In this document: in pieces, positions 1-13,715 of the stretch
How positions within the stretch are numbered: position 1 is the first letter of the stretch
How the letters are laid out: the number at the start of each line of letters is the position of its first letter
Assembly (NCBI GenBank): GCA_050613775.1
Contig: JBODTK010000151.1
Location: 186,001 to 250,000, forward strand
Reading direction: 5' to 3'
DNA: 64,000 nucleotides
Source of the DNA: Neocallimastix sp. 'constans'
Lineage: Eukaryota
Position numbers and translations under genes: made by a program
Notes under the pieces: generated by a model
Told to the model about the DNA's origin: nothing
Seen by the model: the letters and a program-made list of their open reading frames with translations, nothing else
Database searches by the model: none

Positions 1-504
1 TAATCAGAATTATTTAGTATTAAGAAAGGAGTTCGTCAAGGTTGTTTCCTCTGACTAATTTTATTTAACTTGTTCATTAATGACATTCTTAATAAATGTG
101 ATTAATTTGGAATCTCTATTAGTGATAAATGCTGTTGTGGAGGTCTCTTTTTAGATAACATTGTGTTATGTACTTCAACAAGATCTCAACTTAAGAGATT
201 GTTAAAATTAGCCGGTAAGTGGGCTAGGTATAATGAAATGCAATATTATTTAATGTGCAAGTTTAGTAGTACGAGGGGAAATATCAAAATTTCTTAATAA
301 TAATAACCCTACCTTTTATCTTTTGGGACAAGAACTACCTAAAAGAAATTCTTAAGAATCCTCATATTCCTATCCCTTATATACGAATGTTATTTTCAGA
401 TATTATAATTGAATAAGATTCGTATTATGCACCTTATCTTAGATCACACAAAAAAAGAACGAGAAGTACACAGACACTAATTAATACAAGATTATACTGG
501 ATTG

Positions 505-544
<40 letters not shown>

Positions 545-1858
545 CAATGGGAATAGCTTTACATCCTATTATTTGGTTTATAAGGAACTTAACATTCTTC
601 CTCTTTCAGCAAAAATGTGCGATTGCTCAGGTAAGATGTTTTGAAAAATGGAAAAACTCGAAATGTATTATCTCTGTTTTACTACGAAATATATCACGTT
701 GTATACATCATACATAGGATAAAGAAAGTAAGATTTTAGTAGACTAATTAGATAAATTTCCATCAAAAAAAGCAATTGTAACTTTTACTGGGATAGAGAT
801 ATGACCGGATAATCAATTAAGACTAAAGATTATAAGAAAAATAAATTTGAAAAAAACCAGAGAGTACCTAAAGCTCAACTATAAGTATCCTGAATATAGC
901 ATTGGTTTCGGATGGGTACTCCATGCCAGATGTGGATATAAATTCGATGTTCCTGTTGCCAAAGCTGCCAAAATGATTGAAGACGACTATTCAGAATGTG
1001 TCCTTGTAGTTATAGGAAAAATACTAATCCTTGGTTGGAACATTGGTTTTCTAAGTGGTATCATTTCTGTGAATTTCGGATGAAACATGTTATGAATATT
1101 GAAAGACTTTATGAAAAATTTTTTATAATTTCTAAAAATTGTCCAATATCAATCAGTAATGTAACCACTTGTTACAGATATAAATAATGTAAAATCAAAT
1201 ACTGATTCTGATAATAGTAACGAAGAGTATAATATTAATAATAATTAAAATAGAAATAATATTATTAATAAAAGAAATATTAGTAATAATGAAAATAGGA
1301 ATATTAATATTAGTGATAGTGAAAATAATAGTATCATTACTAATAATGTAATGAATAGGTCAAATGATGATAATTGTGTTAATAATAATAATTTTCTGAA
1401 TAATGAGTGTATAAATATATATATGACGTGGTACCAATTATATAACTTCCTTCTTGGTGGAAGAGATACATACATTATTGATTTAAATTATAAAAGGAAT
1501 GGGATGATTTGTTAAAGAACCAAATCATTTCTTGGTGTGATCTGAGGCTCTCTTTACGGAAATAATACCTATAAGCACAAACTAACCATGAGCGTCAACG
1601 CTGAAAATGCAGGTAGGACAGGCTAACAGTGCCAATGCCTCTGAAGGAGAAGACCATAATTTCTTTTAGATGGTCAATTCAAATCCTAATCTAGAATAAG
1701 AATCCCTTATTAACATAAATCTTATAACCTTGGAGGTGAGGTTCGTTGCCTATGAAATTTTTTTTGAATTTATTTATATAATTTATTTAGAATATTATTT
1801 TTTATTTAAATAAATATAGTTTAAAGTTCCCAGTAATTGCAGTTGAAAAAAAAAAAAA
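1..1858 (+). mobile_element. Decayed non-LTR retrotransposon (LINE): RT domain remnant, C-terminal zinc-knuckle remnant, 3' UTR and poly(A); cut by the window start
   Basis: The window start translates to KKGVRQGC..LFNLFINDIL..(F)LDNIVL..KWARYNEM, matching non-LTR RT motifs with stops and frameshifts. A CPC..EHWF remnant lies near 1000-1080. The terminal motif aaagttcccagtaattgcagttg (1823-1845) precedes A13. Homologous to the copies at 11.2 kb and 60.4 kb. Confidence 0.88.
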
Positions 1859-2909
1859 TTATTTATTTATAAAAATTATAAAATAAATAAAAAATAAAAT
1901 ATCCATTTCATTTAAATTAAATTGAATATTAAAAGTAATATCATCTATTGTTTATATAATTAAAAATGAATAAATAAAAATAAATAATTAATAATTAATA
2001 ATCATAATCTAATAGGAAAAGTAATGATAATTAATTAAAATATAAATAAATAAATTCATTTTTAAAATGGGATAGTTTGACCATAGCATAATATTTAATT
2101 GTACAAAAGATATAATATATATATTTTTTATTTTTTTTTTTATTTTTTTTTATTTTTTTTTATTTTTTTTTATTTTTTTTATTTTTTTTTCATTTTTTTT
2201 ATTCATAAAAAAAAAAAAAAATTTTTATTTTTATTATTTTTCCTTTTAAAAAGAACCTCATTGATTATTTTATATTTAATTTGATAAGTAATATAAAAGG
2301 GTATACCTTTAAAAGAACTTTTAAAGTTTACAATACGAAATGTCCAATTAAAAGATAAATTTAATAATTAAATATAATCAAAGAATGAAAAATAAAGATA
2401 TTATATTTAATTAATAAACATATATAAACATATAAATAAACATATAAATATAAATAAATAAAATTAAATAATAAAATATAAATCAAAGAATTAAAAGTGA
2501 TGGACAATTGTGGCGCTATTTATTATCTTGTTTTTACAATGTGGCTTCTATAACATATATATATTAATAAAAACATTAAAACATAAAAGGAAATAAAAAA
2601 AAAAAATTTTTTTTTTAAAACTTTTGTTTAAATACTTTATTTATAAAGAATACTTAATTTTTAAAGACTTTTAAGAATATTTAAAGAATATTTAAAGAAT
2701 ATTTAATATATAAAAGTTATTATTAGACATACAATAGAAATAAATTTAATAAAATAATTATAAAAAAAAAATTAAAATTATATAATTTATAATCTTAAAA
2801 ATATAAAAAAAAGAAAAGAAAAACAATGAATATTCATAAATATTAAAAAAAATATTATTTAAAAATTTTTTAAAAAATTATTTTTTTTTTAAGTATATAA
2901 TTTTTTTTT

Positions 2910-2981
2910 AAATTTTCGTAAAAATATAAAAAATTTATTTTAAATATTCGTAAAAATATAAAAAATTTATTTTAAATATTC

Positions 2982-3039
<58 letters not shown>

Positions 3040-3520
3040 CTCTTTCTCACATGATTTCTACATCATTGGTAGGTCACATGAGTGTATTTTAAGGAACAAA
3101 TCCTTACATGCCTTATCATTTTGACGTCGACGCTCTACTACCTTTAAGAGGGATTTAAAGTTCTAGGCATGGTCCCCAACAGATTACGAAAATCCAGACT
3201 GACCGTTATACCACCCACCCCTCTATCATCGGGAATAGCAGAAATCTTAATTAGTTTTTGAGATGGTATAATTAATGAAATTGACCATATTATTTAAAAT
3301 TTGGATATAACTTAAGTATCTAGACAGGTTTGTGCCGTTTTTCCTAAATATGCCCAAAACACCTTAGTTTTGACCAGAGTCCAAATCACCCACAAATCCA
3401 TCATACTTAATCCAATATACTTACCTGTAATTGCTCTATCAACGCATTATCATAAAAACTTTAAATATTCGTAAAAATATAAAAAATTTATTTTAAATAT
3501 TCATAAAAATATAAAAAAAA
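2910..3520. repeat. 32-bp tandem repeat aaatattcgtaaaaatataaaaaatttatttt (~4 units) interrupted by the insertion
   Basis: Units start near 2910, 2942, 2974 (partial), 3463 and 3495. Confidence 0.75.
2983..3459 (-). mobile_element. Poly(A)-tailed retroposed insertion (5'-truncated LINE 3' end or SINE) with a 12-13 bp target-site duplication
   Basis: T54 at 2983-3036, then a ~420-bp body richer in GC than its flanks. tttaaatattcg occurs at both 2971-2982 and 3460-3471, as an extra partial unit of the 32-bp tandem repeat it interrupts. Confidence 0.75.
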
Positions 3521-6500
3521 AAATTCGTTGAATATTTTTAAAAATAAGATATTCTTTATATTAATACAAAAATTATAAGTTTTATATACTTTTAAAAAAT
3601 AAAATATTCTTTTAAAATAAAAATATTATTAATGTTATTATCTAATATAGCTTATATAGTTAGATTTATAAAACACTTTTTTATTTATTTTATATATTTA
3701 TTTATATTTACTTATACGAAAATTTCTTCTTTATAGTACCATATAAATCTAAAAAATAAATAAATAAATAAATATAAATAAATATAAATAAATAAATAAA
3801 TAAGATAAAAATTAATAAATAAATAAAATTTAAAAATAATAAATTAAAAAAAAAAGGTTTTTCTATTATTCCAGGATTTATAATGAAAGAAAAATTAAAT
3901 TTAATATTAAACATAATTAAATAATAATTAAATTAATTAATTAATTAATTATTAATTAAAGTATTAATGATTTGGTGGTACAAAGAACAATAATACTATT
4001 ATAAAAAAGGATAAAAAATTTATATTTATGATAATATAATACAATACAATACATTGCATAATTATTTCTTATAATATACTTTTTACTATTAAATAAGAAA
4101 TATTCTCGAAAAATAATGTATAATGTATACGTAAAATAATTTATATTCGAAAATTTTTAATTTATCATATTTTAAAAAAATACAATAAATTAAAAATTTT
4201 TTCACATAGAGTTAATAAAATTCATATTTTTTTTTTTTAATCAATTTATTAATTTCAATATTTCTTTTTTAAATAAAATAATATTATATTATTACATAAC
4301 AATTGATCTTTAATTCGTATTATTAATAATATAGTTCAACTTATTAATTATTAATATTTTTACTATTTATAATATTATTTATATAATACCTATAGATAAT
4401 TTTTTTTTATTTATATATCTATTTATTTTTATTTTTTTAAACATTCAGTTTATCTATAAGCCGTTAAACTTAATTATTATAGAAGTTGAATTAATTCTCT
4501 GGCGGCAATTTTTTATTATTGATGTTTAATAAATAATTTACTTCAAATATTTTAAATGATATTTAGCTTTTGATGTATACAAATGTATACAAAAACCGTA
4601 ATTTATAATATATTTTACTTTAAAATTATATTAAAAATGCAATGATAACTGATATTCTTATGTTTATATATTCAATAGTAATGTAATGATAAATTCATGT
4701 AATTAGATTTTTTTATTATAATTTTAATAACTATAATTATTTTTTCCCTAAATTATCTTTAATTGGAAAGCAAAAAAAAAAAAGTCTAAAATGTATCATT
4801 AAATATTAATAAAATAAATATAAAACTAAAAAAATATTAATATATATTATAATATAATTAATATTTAATGTTTATTCCTTATTATAAAATACATAGATTA
4901 AATACTTTTCATAATATAATATATTATCCCCATATTAATGTATTGGACCCTATATATTTATTAATTTTAAAATATTTATTACAGATGAATATAAACAAAA
5001 TAAACCATATTCAAAACTCTAATAATAAATTAAAATTCATTTTTTATTTAATATATTGTATAATATTATATTTATCTATTTTCATATACATTCAATTAAT
5101 AATTATATTTAATATACTATTTTAGTTTATTTTATTCCATGGCCAATACAAAATTATAGTTAATAACATTTATTAATTTAAATAATAAAATATATATTGT
5201 AATATATTATAATATATTTTCTGTAATAATTGTTATTAATAAAAACTGAAATTAATATTTCAGTTTAATATTACACAATGTATAAAACAAGGTATTATTT
5301 TATAAATTTTTGAATTATATTATATACAATAAAATCAATAATTAATAAAGATCTAGTTACCTTTTATGTATAATATTAAATAATACAATATATTATAAAT
5401 ATATTATTATAATTAAGTATATAGCTTATTTTATTAATTCATTAAGATAATAAATTAAAATATACTATATATTAATTTGTGAAATAATATTATTTTCATC
5501 TTCATTAGTAAAGAGTATATAAAACATATATATTTTAATATTTAATATAGTAATTATAATATAATCAATTCGTAATAAAAATTATAATATTTATACTTTT
5601 CATATATCTATGTAATAACAGTTTTTTATTTATTTATTATAAAATTAAAAATTTCAATTTATTTGATGTATTGAAGTAAAAATTATATATTTTTTATTAT
5701 ATGAGAAGAACAAATAAATAAATAAATAAATAAAAACTACTAAAAAAATTTTTTTTGTATTTACTTTTTTTTTTTTTTTTTTTTTAATTAATTTTTTTTT
5801 TTTAAGTAAAAAAGAAGTTTTTTTATATAATATTTTTTATTTTTTTTTTCTAACAATTTATTAATTTCACTCTTATTTTCTTTTTACTTTTATATACTGT
5901 ACTGATCATATATATTGCTAAAATATTAAATACAGAAACAGAAAAGTAAAAATAAGAATAAACTTAAAAAAAGAGTTATTTCTTATAATAAGAAATATTA
6001 TATATAATATATAAATGAAAATTAAATAAAGGATTTATATAAAGAAGAAAATTATTCAAAAATAAAATAAACAATTAAAAAAAAAAAAAAAAATTTCTAC
6101 ATTAAAAAGCAATAGAACAAATGTAATATTTATTTAAATTAATAATATATAATAAAATTTATATAAAAAATTAAAGAACTGTAAATTTTACAAGATATTA
6201 ATAGAATATAAAGGATATAATAAATCTAAAATATAATAAAATTTAATAAGTATATAACTAATTTTTTTATATATATATATATATATTCTTTATTTTTTTT
6301 TAAATTTAAATCTTTTATGATTTTGTATATGTAAATATATATTTTTATAGTATGGTTAAAAATTAAAACGCAATATATAAAAACATATCAAAACAAAAAA
6401 AAAAAATAATTTATTAATATTTATTTATTGAAGAATTAATAAAAATATATAAATATATTGAACAAAGTGTAAAGAAGAAAAATAATATTTATAAATAAAA

Positions 6501-6569
6501 AAATTAAAAAAAAAAAAAAACAGAAAAAAAATAGAAATAATATTTTAAATATAAAAAAAGAGATAAAAT

Positions 6570-9500
6570 ATGTCAGGCTATCCTACAAATGGTCCTGGGG
6601 CCGGAAATCCTCAGGATGGTAGACGTCCGGTTATTATTAATGCCTATCCAAATAATGGTTCAACTTTACCAAGAAGAAATCAAACTTTAACTAGACCAGA
6701 TCGTCAACCAACTCTTAGAAGAACTTTAATGAGAAATGAAAATAGACCACCACCAGCAGCAAGAGCAGGTAAAATAACAAATTTACATAGTTATATAAAT
6801 ATTTAATTATTTTTCTTTAATTTTTATTTTTTTTTTTATATCTATATCTATATATTTTATATTTTTATATTATTATTATTATTTTTTTTATTTTTTTTAT
6901 TTTAATTTTTTTATTTTTCTTTTTTTTATTTTTCTATTTTTTTATTTTTATTTTTTATATTTTTATTTTTTTATTTTTTTTTCAGATTAATCAAAAAAAG
7001 TTAAATATAAAATTTATTAATAAATTTATTATTAATGAAAATTTAAAAAATTTAATAAATTAAAAAGGTGCCACTAGTGGTAGAACTTTAAATCGCCCAA
7101 CTAATTTAATACCAATAGAAGATGAAGAAGAAGAGCCAACAGGATGTTGGACATTATCATCAAGAATATTAACATTTTGGGCTATATCACCAATAAGAGC
7201 ATTGTTTGGTGTAGGAAAGGATAAAGCTATTATTCAGGCTTGGCGTGAAAAAATGGCACTTTGTATTATTATATTTTTCTGTTGGTGTCTTATGGGTTTC
7301 TTTACTGTTGGTCTACAACCATTATTATGTCCAAGCAATGATGATAATGTAAAAGATAGTTTTTTAGAACATGATAGTGATTTATTCGACGCTGATCTTG
7401 TATTATATAAAGGAAGAGGATATTCTCTTCGAAAAGTGAATGATATTTTAAAACAAAATAATCAACCTGAAATTCCAGATGAATTTGCGGGTAAAAATAT
7501 CACTCCATTATTTAGAAAGTGTGCTGATGAAAGTAACAAAGGAACAATGTGTAATCAAAAATATAAAGAACCATGTGCTGTAATATATCCAGCCAATAGT
7601 CCAGAAAATGAATGTAAAATTATATCGGAAGATAGAGGTAATAAGGAATATAAGCCTCAAAGTTGTTTAAATGAAAAATTAATGGAATTAAGTAATTTTT
7701 CTAAATATAGAGCAAGTTTTAAATGGGATGAAATTAGAGGTAAGGGAACTACAGCTTCCTATACAGTATTTAATGGTTTTGTTATAAATAATATGGATAA
7801 AATTTTAAGTGAAAAAAATAATTTAAGTGCAGAAGCAAAAAGAATGCTAAAAAATACACTTAGTACTGATGGAACACGTTATTTCTTAGCCACAGAAGAA
7901 ATGAAAAATCTTAGTGAATGTTTAATTCAAAATCATGCTGTAGGTTTTGTTTACAAGGACTCAATGGGTTGTGGTTTATCTGTAATTATTACTTGGATTA
8001 TGACTATCGCTATTCTTGGTGTTGTTTTCACTCGTTTCGTAATGGCTATTGTATTTAGTTGGTTTGTTTCTGGTAAATTGGCTCAACCAAAACCCGGTAA
8101 TAAAATTCGTGATTTACATACTATTTGCCTTGTCACCGCTTATTCTGAAGGTGAAGAAGGTATCCGTTGTACTTTGAATTCGCTTGCTACTACCACCTAC
8201 CCAGATAAAAAACAATTATTATTTGTTATTGCCGATGGTATTATTGTTGGTTCTGGTAATGATCGTTCAACACCAGATATTTGTGTTGGTATGATTGTTC
8301 AAGATCCAAAATTGGGAAAAGCTGAACCAAAATCCTATTTCGCTATTGCTGATGGTTCAAAACAACATAATATGGCTAAAGCTCATGCAGGTTACTATAT
8401 TGTTGATGGTCATAAAGTTCCTGTTATGGTTATTGTAAAATGTGGTACTCCAGCTGAAGCTAAAGCTGCTAAACCAGGTAATCGTGGTAAGCGTGATTCT
8501 CAATTATTATTGATGAATTTCTTAAGTCGTGTTACTTTCGATGATCGTATGACTCCACTTGATTATGATATGTTTAGAAAAATAAAACATATCTGTGGTG
8601 TTACCCCAGATAAATTTGAAATTGTTCTTATGGTTGATGCTGATACCAAGGTATTACCAACTTCACTTTCATATATGGTTACTGCTATGATCAATGATCC
8701 AATGATTATGGGTCTTTGTGGTGAAACTCGTATTGCTAATAAGACAACATCATGGGTTACGTGGATTCAAGTTTTCGAATACTATATTTCTCACCATTTA
8801 GGTAAATGTTTTGAATCATTATTCGGTGGTGTTACCTGTTTACCAGGTTGTTTCTGTATGTATAGAATTAAAGCTCCAAAACCAGGTACACCAAACACTT
8901 ATGTACCAGTTTTAGCTAATCCAGATATTGTGGAAGATTATTCAGAAAATGTTGTTGATACTTTACATAAAAAGAATTTATTATTATTAGGTGAAGATCG
9001 TTTCCTTACCACATTGATGTTAAGAACTTTCCCTAAACGTAAGATGGTTTTTATTACTCAAGCATTATGTAAGACTATTGTTCCTGATGAATTTAAGGTA
9101 TTACTTTCACAACGTCGTCGTTGGATTAACTCTACTGTTCATAATTTAATGGAATTGGTATTGGTTAGAGATTTATGTGGTACTTTCTGTTTCTCTATGC
9201 AATTCGTCGTTGGTATGGAATTATTTGGTACTTCTGTATTACCAGCAGCTATTGTATTCACCGTTTATTTGTTAATAGTTTTAGGAAAATGTATTTATGA
9301 TGGTACTAAAAATCAGGAAATAGATACCTTAAAATATGTTTGGGATAATGGACCAATTGCTCCATTAGTTATGCTTTTCGCTGTATTAGGTTTACCAGGT
9401 ATTTTAGTTATGCTTACTACTCAAAAAATCATTTATGTTCTTTGGATGTTTGTTTATTTATTAGGTTTACCAGTATGGAATCTTGTTCTTCCAGTCTATG

Positions 9501-9967
9501 CTTTCTGGCACTTTGATGATTTCTCATGGGGTGAAACTCGTAAAGTTCAAGGTGATAATGGTGCAGATCATAGTAAAAAGGAAGGTAAATTTGATCCATC
9601 TGAAGTTCCACTTAAACGTTGGCATGAATATGAAAAGGAAAATAGAGTTCGTGAATCACCATACATGGGATCACCTTTTGGTGGTCCACAGCGCGCCCCA
9701 TCTAACCGTAATATTCCAATGGGTCCAAGACCAAATGGTCCAATTAGTCCACCAGGTCCAAGACCAAATGGTCCAGTTAGTCCTCCAGGTCCAAGACCAA
9801 ATGGTCCAATTAATCCACCTGGTCCAAGACCTAATGGCCCTCCAGGTCCAAGGCCAAATGGTCCACCAGGTCAAAGACCATTTGTTCCACAAGCCCCAGG
9901 ACCAGCTGCTCATCCAGGTGGTGCTAGACCACCAGTTAATAATATACCCAAGAATGGATTTCGTTAA
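6570..9967 (+). CDS. CHS: Chitin synthase, division 2 (class IV/Chs3-like, no myosin motor); join(6570..6768,7068..9967), ~1032 aa
   Basis: Motifs [45 protein letters not shown] and AWREK, plus N-terminal [14 protein letters not shown] donor at 6769 and an AAG acceptor at 7065-7067 keep the frame. The paralog has the intron at the same position. Confidence 0.95.
9722..9880 (+). repeat. Coding 33-bp tandem repeat (GPRPNGP[I/V][S/N]PP)n in the C-terminal tail of the first CHS
   Basis: ggtccaagaccaaatggtcca recurs at 33-bp spacing three times, followed by two shorter units. Confidence 0.9.
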
Positions 9968-10291
9968 AATATCTAAGAATAACAATATAAAATAAAAAAA
10001 AAAATCAAACCAAAAAAAATATATATATATTTATATATACTTATTTTTTAAAATAGATAATATAAATGAGTATATAGGAAGTAAAAATTTTAAATTTTCT
10101 ATATATGAATTTAATTATAAATAGAAAAAAAAATTATTTATTTATTTTATTATTATAATTCTTCAATAAATATAATTTATTTACATTACACAAAAAAATA
10201 TATATATATATATAAATATATTTGAGGAATTCAATAATAAAATACTTTAATTATTATAATTTTTTTTTTTTTTAAAAAAAAAAAAAAATAG

Positions 10292-10331
<40 letters not shown>

Positions 10332-10414
10332 TTTTTTAACAGAAAATAATTTTTTCTTTTGAGGAAGAAATTCACTTAAAACTTTTTAAGGGGAAAAAAA
10401 TCCAAAATCAAATC

Positions 10415-10449
<35 letters not shown>

Positions 10450-10760
10450 CCTTCTTTTAGAATATACATAATTAAAACCTCATAAAAAATAATAATAATA
10501 ATAATTCAATTTAAAACAACATATCAATATATAAAACCTGTCTAAAAAAAATTTTTTTATAATAATTAATACAAATTATATATGTATTTTAATAATAGTA
10601 AACATTTTTTTTTTTTTTAAAAAAAGAAAAGTTTTTTGTAATATTATAAAATTATATGTGAAAAATTATATATATTATATATAATTTAATAAATATAATA
10701 AAAAAAAAATTAAAAAAAAAAAAAAAAAAAAAAAAGACTTTTTATGAGCAGAAAATAGTA

Positions 10761-10804
<44 letters not shown>

Positions 10805-10886
10805 ATTACATTATATTTATATATATATTAATTATTATTTTTTTTTTTTAATAATAAACTGTTTAATAAATATTATTAAGTTTATT

Positions 10887-10922
<36 letters not shown>

Positions 10923-10999
10923 AATAAATAAATAAATAAAAATTAAAAATATTTAAATTATATAATAAATAACTATTGCTTCTATCGTACTTTTATAAT

Positions 11000-11010
11000 T
11001 ATTATAATTA

Positions 11011-11085
<75 letters not shown>

Positions 11086-11086
11086 C

Positions 11087-11147
<61 letters not shown>
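11000..11147. repeat. (AAT)n microsatellite
   Basis: Seen directly in the sequence. Confidence 0.9.
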
Positions 11148-11151
11148 TATA

Positions 11152-11815
11152 TTATTACCTAAAACGAATTGCTATACCTACTTAGGTGTACCATTTTCAA
11201 ATGGTTTAGAATTGAAACAGATCATACAGAAAATGAATAATAAAGTTAGAAAAGCATTTTTACTCCATAAAAGAATTTTTTAAGAATCCTTATATTCTTA
11301 TCCCTTATAAAAGAATGCTATTTTCAGCTATAGTAATTGGGTAAGTTTCGTATTACGCACCTTCGCTGGGATCAAATATAGAAAGAACAAGAAGTACACA
11401 GACACCAATTAATTTAGGATTATACTGAATTGAAGGATTTTCTAATGAGAATAGCTTTACCTTTCTTTATTGTGTTTCTAAAGAATTTAACATTCCTCCT
11501 CTTTCGGCGAAATGTGCGATTGCTTAGGTAAGGTGTTTTAAAAAAATGGAAAAAATTCGAAATGTATTATCTCTGTTTAGCTACGAGATATATCACATTG
11601 TTAGACGTCATTCATGGGATAAAGAAAGGAAAAATTTTAGTAGAGAGATTAGATAAATCTCCATCATAAAAAATGTAGTTTTAAACTTTTACTGAGATAG
11701 AGATATGGCAGAAAAATTAATCAAAGCTAAGATTTATAAGAAAAATAAATTTGAAAAAAACTAGAGACTACTTAAAGTTCAACTATAAGTATCCTGAATT
11801 TAGCATTGGCTTCAA
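11152..11815 (+). mobile_element. Internal LINE fragment (post-RT region), same family as 1-1858
   Basis: Begins LPKTNCYTYLGVPF (YLG motif). Collinear with ~335-910, e.g. aagaatcctYatattc, gaagtacacagacac, taacattcYtcctctttc, aactataagtatcctgaa. Confidence 0.88.
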
Positions 11816-13047
11816 TTAGTAGTCCTATTATATATATTTTCAAAACACAAATACCAACAGTCAAGTTCCGTCCTCAGAATCTATAGAGAGTAATTCTCTT
11901 AATGAGAATCTTTTTATATTTTCAAGGGAGAGTTTAGTGGACATAGTTCATAAGCAATTTAACTATTTCAATATTATTATGAGCGTGGGCCTTTAATTAT
12001 GGACACCATCCACTTTAATAACATTCCATATATATATCTATATTTATGTCATTTTTATTATTTGGAATTTAATTATTAAATGAGAAGATGAAAAATTTTA
12101 ACTTTCACTTCCTAACAATGAAAACCATCCAATAATTTTTAATTTTCTATTTTAAAAATGAATTAATAATATATATATATATATGAGAAATTTGAATTAA
12201 AAATAATATTAATAATATCAATATAGTAAAATTATTAGATCGATAAGAAAAAAAAAAAAAAAGAGATTGGAATAATTGATATTGAATTTAATGATAATAA
12301 TGATTTTTTTTTAAAATAAGGTTTTAAGATAATTTCAGAGGTGTTAAAATGAATAATTAATCATATCAAAAAAAAAAAAAGTAATAAATAATGAATAATA
12401 AATAATAAATAAAATTATTTAATTTTCAAATAATAATAATAAACTATATATATATATATTTATACATATAATTGTTAAGAGAAGTAATGTATGCAGTTAT
12501 AGTTAATATATGCATTATTGATTGCTATAGCTATAATTGTTCATAGATGTTATTACATTTAATACTAGTTTTAGCATATATATTGTGTAAAAATTATACT
12601 GTTGTAATATATATATATTAATCACGTGACATTTTAATATAATAATATGTGTGAAAATAGCATAAATTAGCATATATGCTGTATATTCAAACTACCCTGT
12701 TAACATAAAAAAAAAAAGGAAAGCAAAGAAAAAAAAAATAATAGTAATAATTATTTAATTAATAAAATTTTGGTGAAAATGGATAAATATAATAATAAAT
12801 TTAACAAAATTTTTTATTTTTATTCTAAATTTTATTTTTTATTTTTTATTAATATTATTTTTATTATTATTTCAGGGAGGAGTTAATATTTTCTTATTAT
12901 TTGTGTCACCTTATTTTTTTTTTTTTAATCTTAAATTTTCTAAAAGATTTACTTTAAATAAGATTTTTATATACTTGGTTACACTTATAACTCACATATA
13001 TATTATTATTATTTTTTTTTGTTCACTATGGTTAAAATCCAAATTTA

Positions 13048-13085
<38 letters not shown>

Positions 13086-13544
13086 TTATTAATATTATTA
13101 TTATAAATTTATAAAAAATAAATTTTGTTAATTTTGTTATTTATATACAGTAAAAATAAAAATTAAAATAAAATAAAAATAAAAATAAAATTTAAATTTA
13201 AAGTTTTTTAAAATACACCCCTGAATTTTTATATTTTTGAATAAACCGTAAACTGCATGAAAAAAAAATTTTTTTTTAATAATATATATTAATTTTCTTT
13301 TTTTTTTTTTTTTTTTAATTATTTAAAAATTAATAAAAATAAAAAAATAAAAAAATAAAAATGGAATTACAAAAAAAATTATGCTTGGAAATAAAAACTA
13401 CAAATTACTAATAATACTGGTAATACTTTCATTGAATATTTAACATTCACAATATTGATTGGAATAATAGTAACAACATGCGATTTTAAGCTAAAAAAAA
13501 GAAAAAAGAAAAAAATATTATATAAATTTATTTTCATTTTATTA

Positions 13545-13715
13545 GTTTATTTTATTTATTTATGTATTTATTTATTTATGTATTTATTTATTTATGTATT
13601 TATGTATTTATGTATTTATTTATGTATTTATGTATTTATGTATTTATTTATGTATTTATGTATTTATTTATTTATGTATTTATTTATTTATGCATTTATG
13701 TATTTATTTATTTAT
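13545..13715. repeat. (TATT/TATG)n microsatellite
   Basis: Seen directly in the sequence. Confidence 0.8.

Noticed and set aside
1621..1645. ctaacagtgccaatgcc resembling the start of a twister ribozyme
   Set aside because: The remaining twister core is absent, and the homologous LINE copy near 61565 does not keep the motif.
3417..3427. ATACTTACCTG, identical to the U1 snRNA 5' end
   Set aside because: No U1 stem-loops or Sm site follow. It is the reverse complement of a splice-donor consensus inside a retro-insertion.
9429..9995. Overlapping alternate-frame and antisense ORFs in the CHS tail (also 18837-19138 and 57168-57996)
   Set aside because: Shadows of repetitive or biased codon usage in the real CDS.
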